A stretch of DNA of 9,044 nt, from the IMG/VR virus record IMGVR_UViG_2648501110_000020. The stretch is one strand, 5' to 3'. Positions 7,071-9,044 of the stretch are shown here, one piece after another. The position numbers and the translations under genes are program-made. Position 1 is the first letter of the stretch; every line of letters starts with the position of its first letter. Source of the stretch: a virus (Duplodnaviria; Heunggongvirae; Uroviricota; Caudoviricetes). The notes under the pieces are model-generated. The model saw only the letters and a list, made by a program, of their open reading frames with translations, did no database searches and had not been told where the DNA came from.

Positions 7071-7670
7071 TCAGAATTTATAACCGACACCCACGATGAA
7101 ACCGTCAGTGCGCCAGTCACCACTGCCGGAACCTTCATAAGCAATATCAATGGCCACGGATTCGGTCGGGTTAAACTGCACGCCAGCCCCCCACGCCAGA
7201 GACGTGTTGCTGTGGCGACCGTCATCACTTCCGGTCAGCACGTCGTGCGTTTTCCCCTTGTTGTCAGTTACGCGGAGATAATCCCCGGAGAAAGTCGACA
7301 CACGGCTGTAAGCCACACCCGCCATCGCATACGCGCTGAACCATTCATTCACGCGCACAGACGGCCCCGCCATCACGCTGAACCAGCGGTTACGCACGGA
7401 ATCTTCATGCCAGCGGGTATCGCTGTAACGGGTAAGCTGGCGATTCTTGTCTCCTGCATAGCTGAATGACGTCACCAGCCCCAGTGTGTCCGTAAACTCA
7501 TAACGGTATTTCACGTTAATCCCGTTCAGATCATCACTGCCGGGAACGTTCGTCCGGGCATGAAGATACCCCGCGCTCAGCGTGGACTGATGTTCAGACG
7601 CCCATGCAGGCGCACCGGATACGGCCAGACAAATGGCTGCGGACAAAATGGCGGCATAAAGTTTACGCAT
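7071..7670 (-). CDS. lom: Lom outer-membrane protein (Ail/Lom family beta-barrel), 199 aa
   Basis: The translation [38 protein letters not shown]...[10 protein letters not shown] is essentially lambda Lom, with a signal peptide and a C-terminal aromatic residue. GAGGT Shine-Dalgarno lies 7 nt upstream (complement of 7677-7681). Confidence 0.92.
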
Positions 7671-7693
7671 AATTACCTCTCGCTTTTCTGCAA

Positions 7694-7718
7694 TAAAAAA
7701 GGCGTCATTTCTGACGCC
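7694..7718 (-). terminator. Rho-independent terminator between J and lom
   Basis: On the minus strand, stem ggcgtca / tgacgcc (7701-7718) around a 4-nt loop is followed by a T-run (complement of A-run 7694-7700). Confidence 0.55.
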
Positions 7719-7736
7719 CGTTCTGGGTTATAAAAT

Positions 7737-9044
<1,308 letters not shown>

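Overview
The right-hand two thirds of the window (about 3517-9044, all on the minus strand) is the distal tail module of a lambda-like prophage: the 3' part of host-specificity gene J (runs off the window end), lom, a 971-aa side tail fiber gene stf, and a tail-fiber-assembly gene tfa that is broken by a frameshift. Convergent on tfa sits a small serine recombinase in the position where Rac/e14-type prophages carry pin. The left third (about 100-3500) is visibly AT-richer cargo: a standalone class-I SAM methyltransferase, two unlisted or short ORFs (a 37-aa hydrophobic peptide and a 77-aa protein), an orphan ORF carrying a second copy of the Tfa C-terminal domain, and the 3' fragment of an alpha/beta-hydrolase gene. 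That fragment abuts the terminal 100 bp of an IS50-type element, whose last 19 bp match the Tn5 inside end as I recall it. I found no rRNA, tRNA or CRISPR array. I see no recognisable known defence system; the best candidate for something undescribed is the methyltransferase / small-ORF / recombinase cassette bracketed by about 121-bp direct repeats of tfa 3' sequence. All homology statements are from reading the translations and from memory of lambda, Tn5 and Pin/Gin sequences; no searches were run and no percentages other than a hand-counted repeat identity are given.
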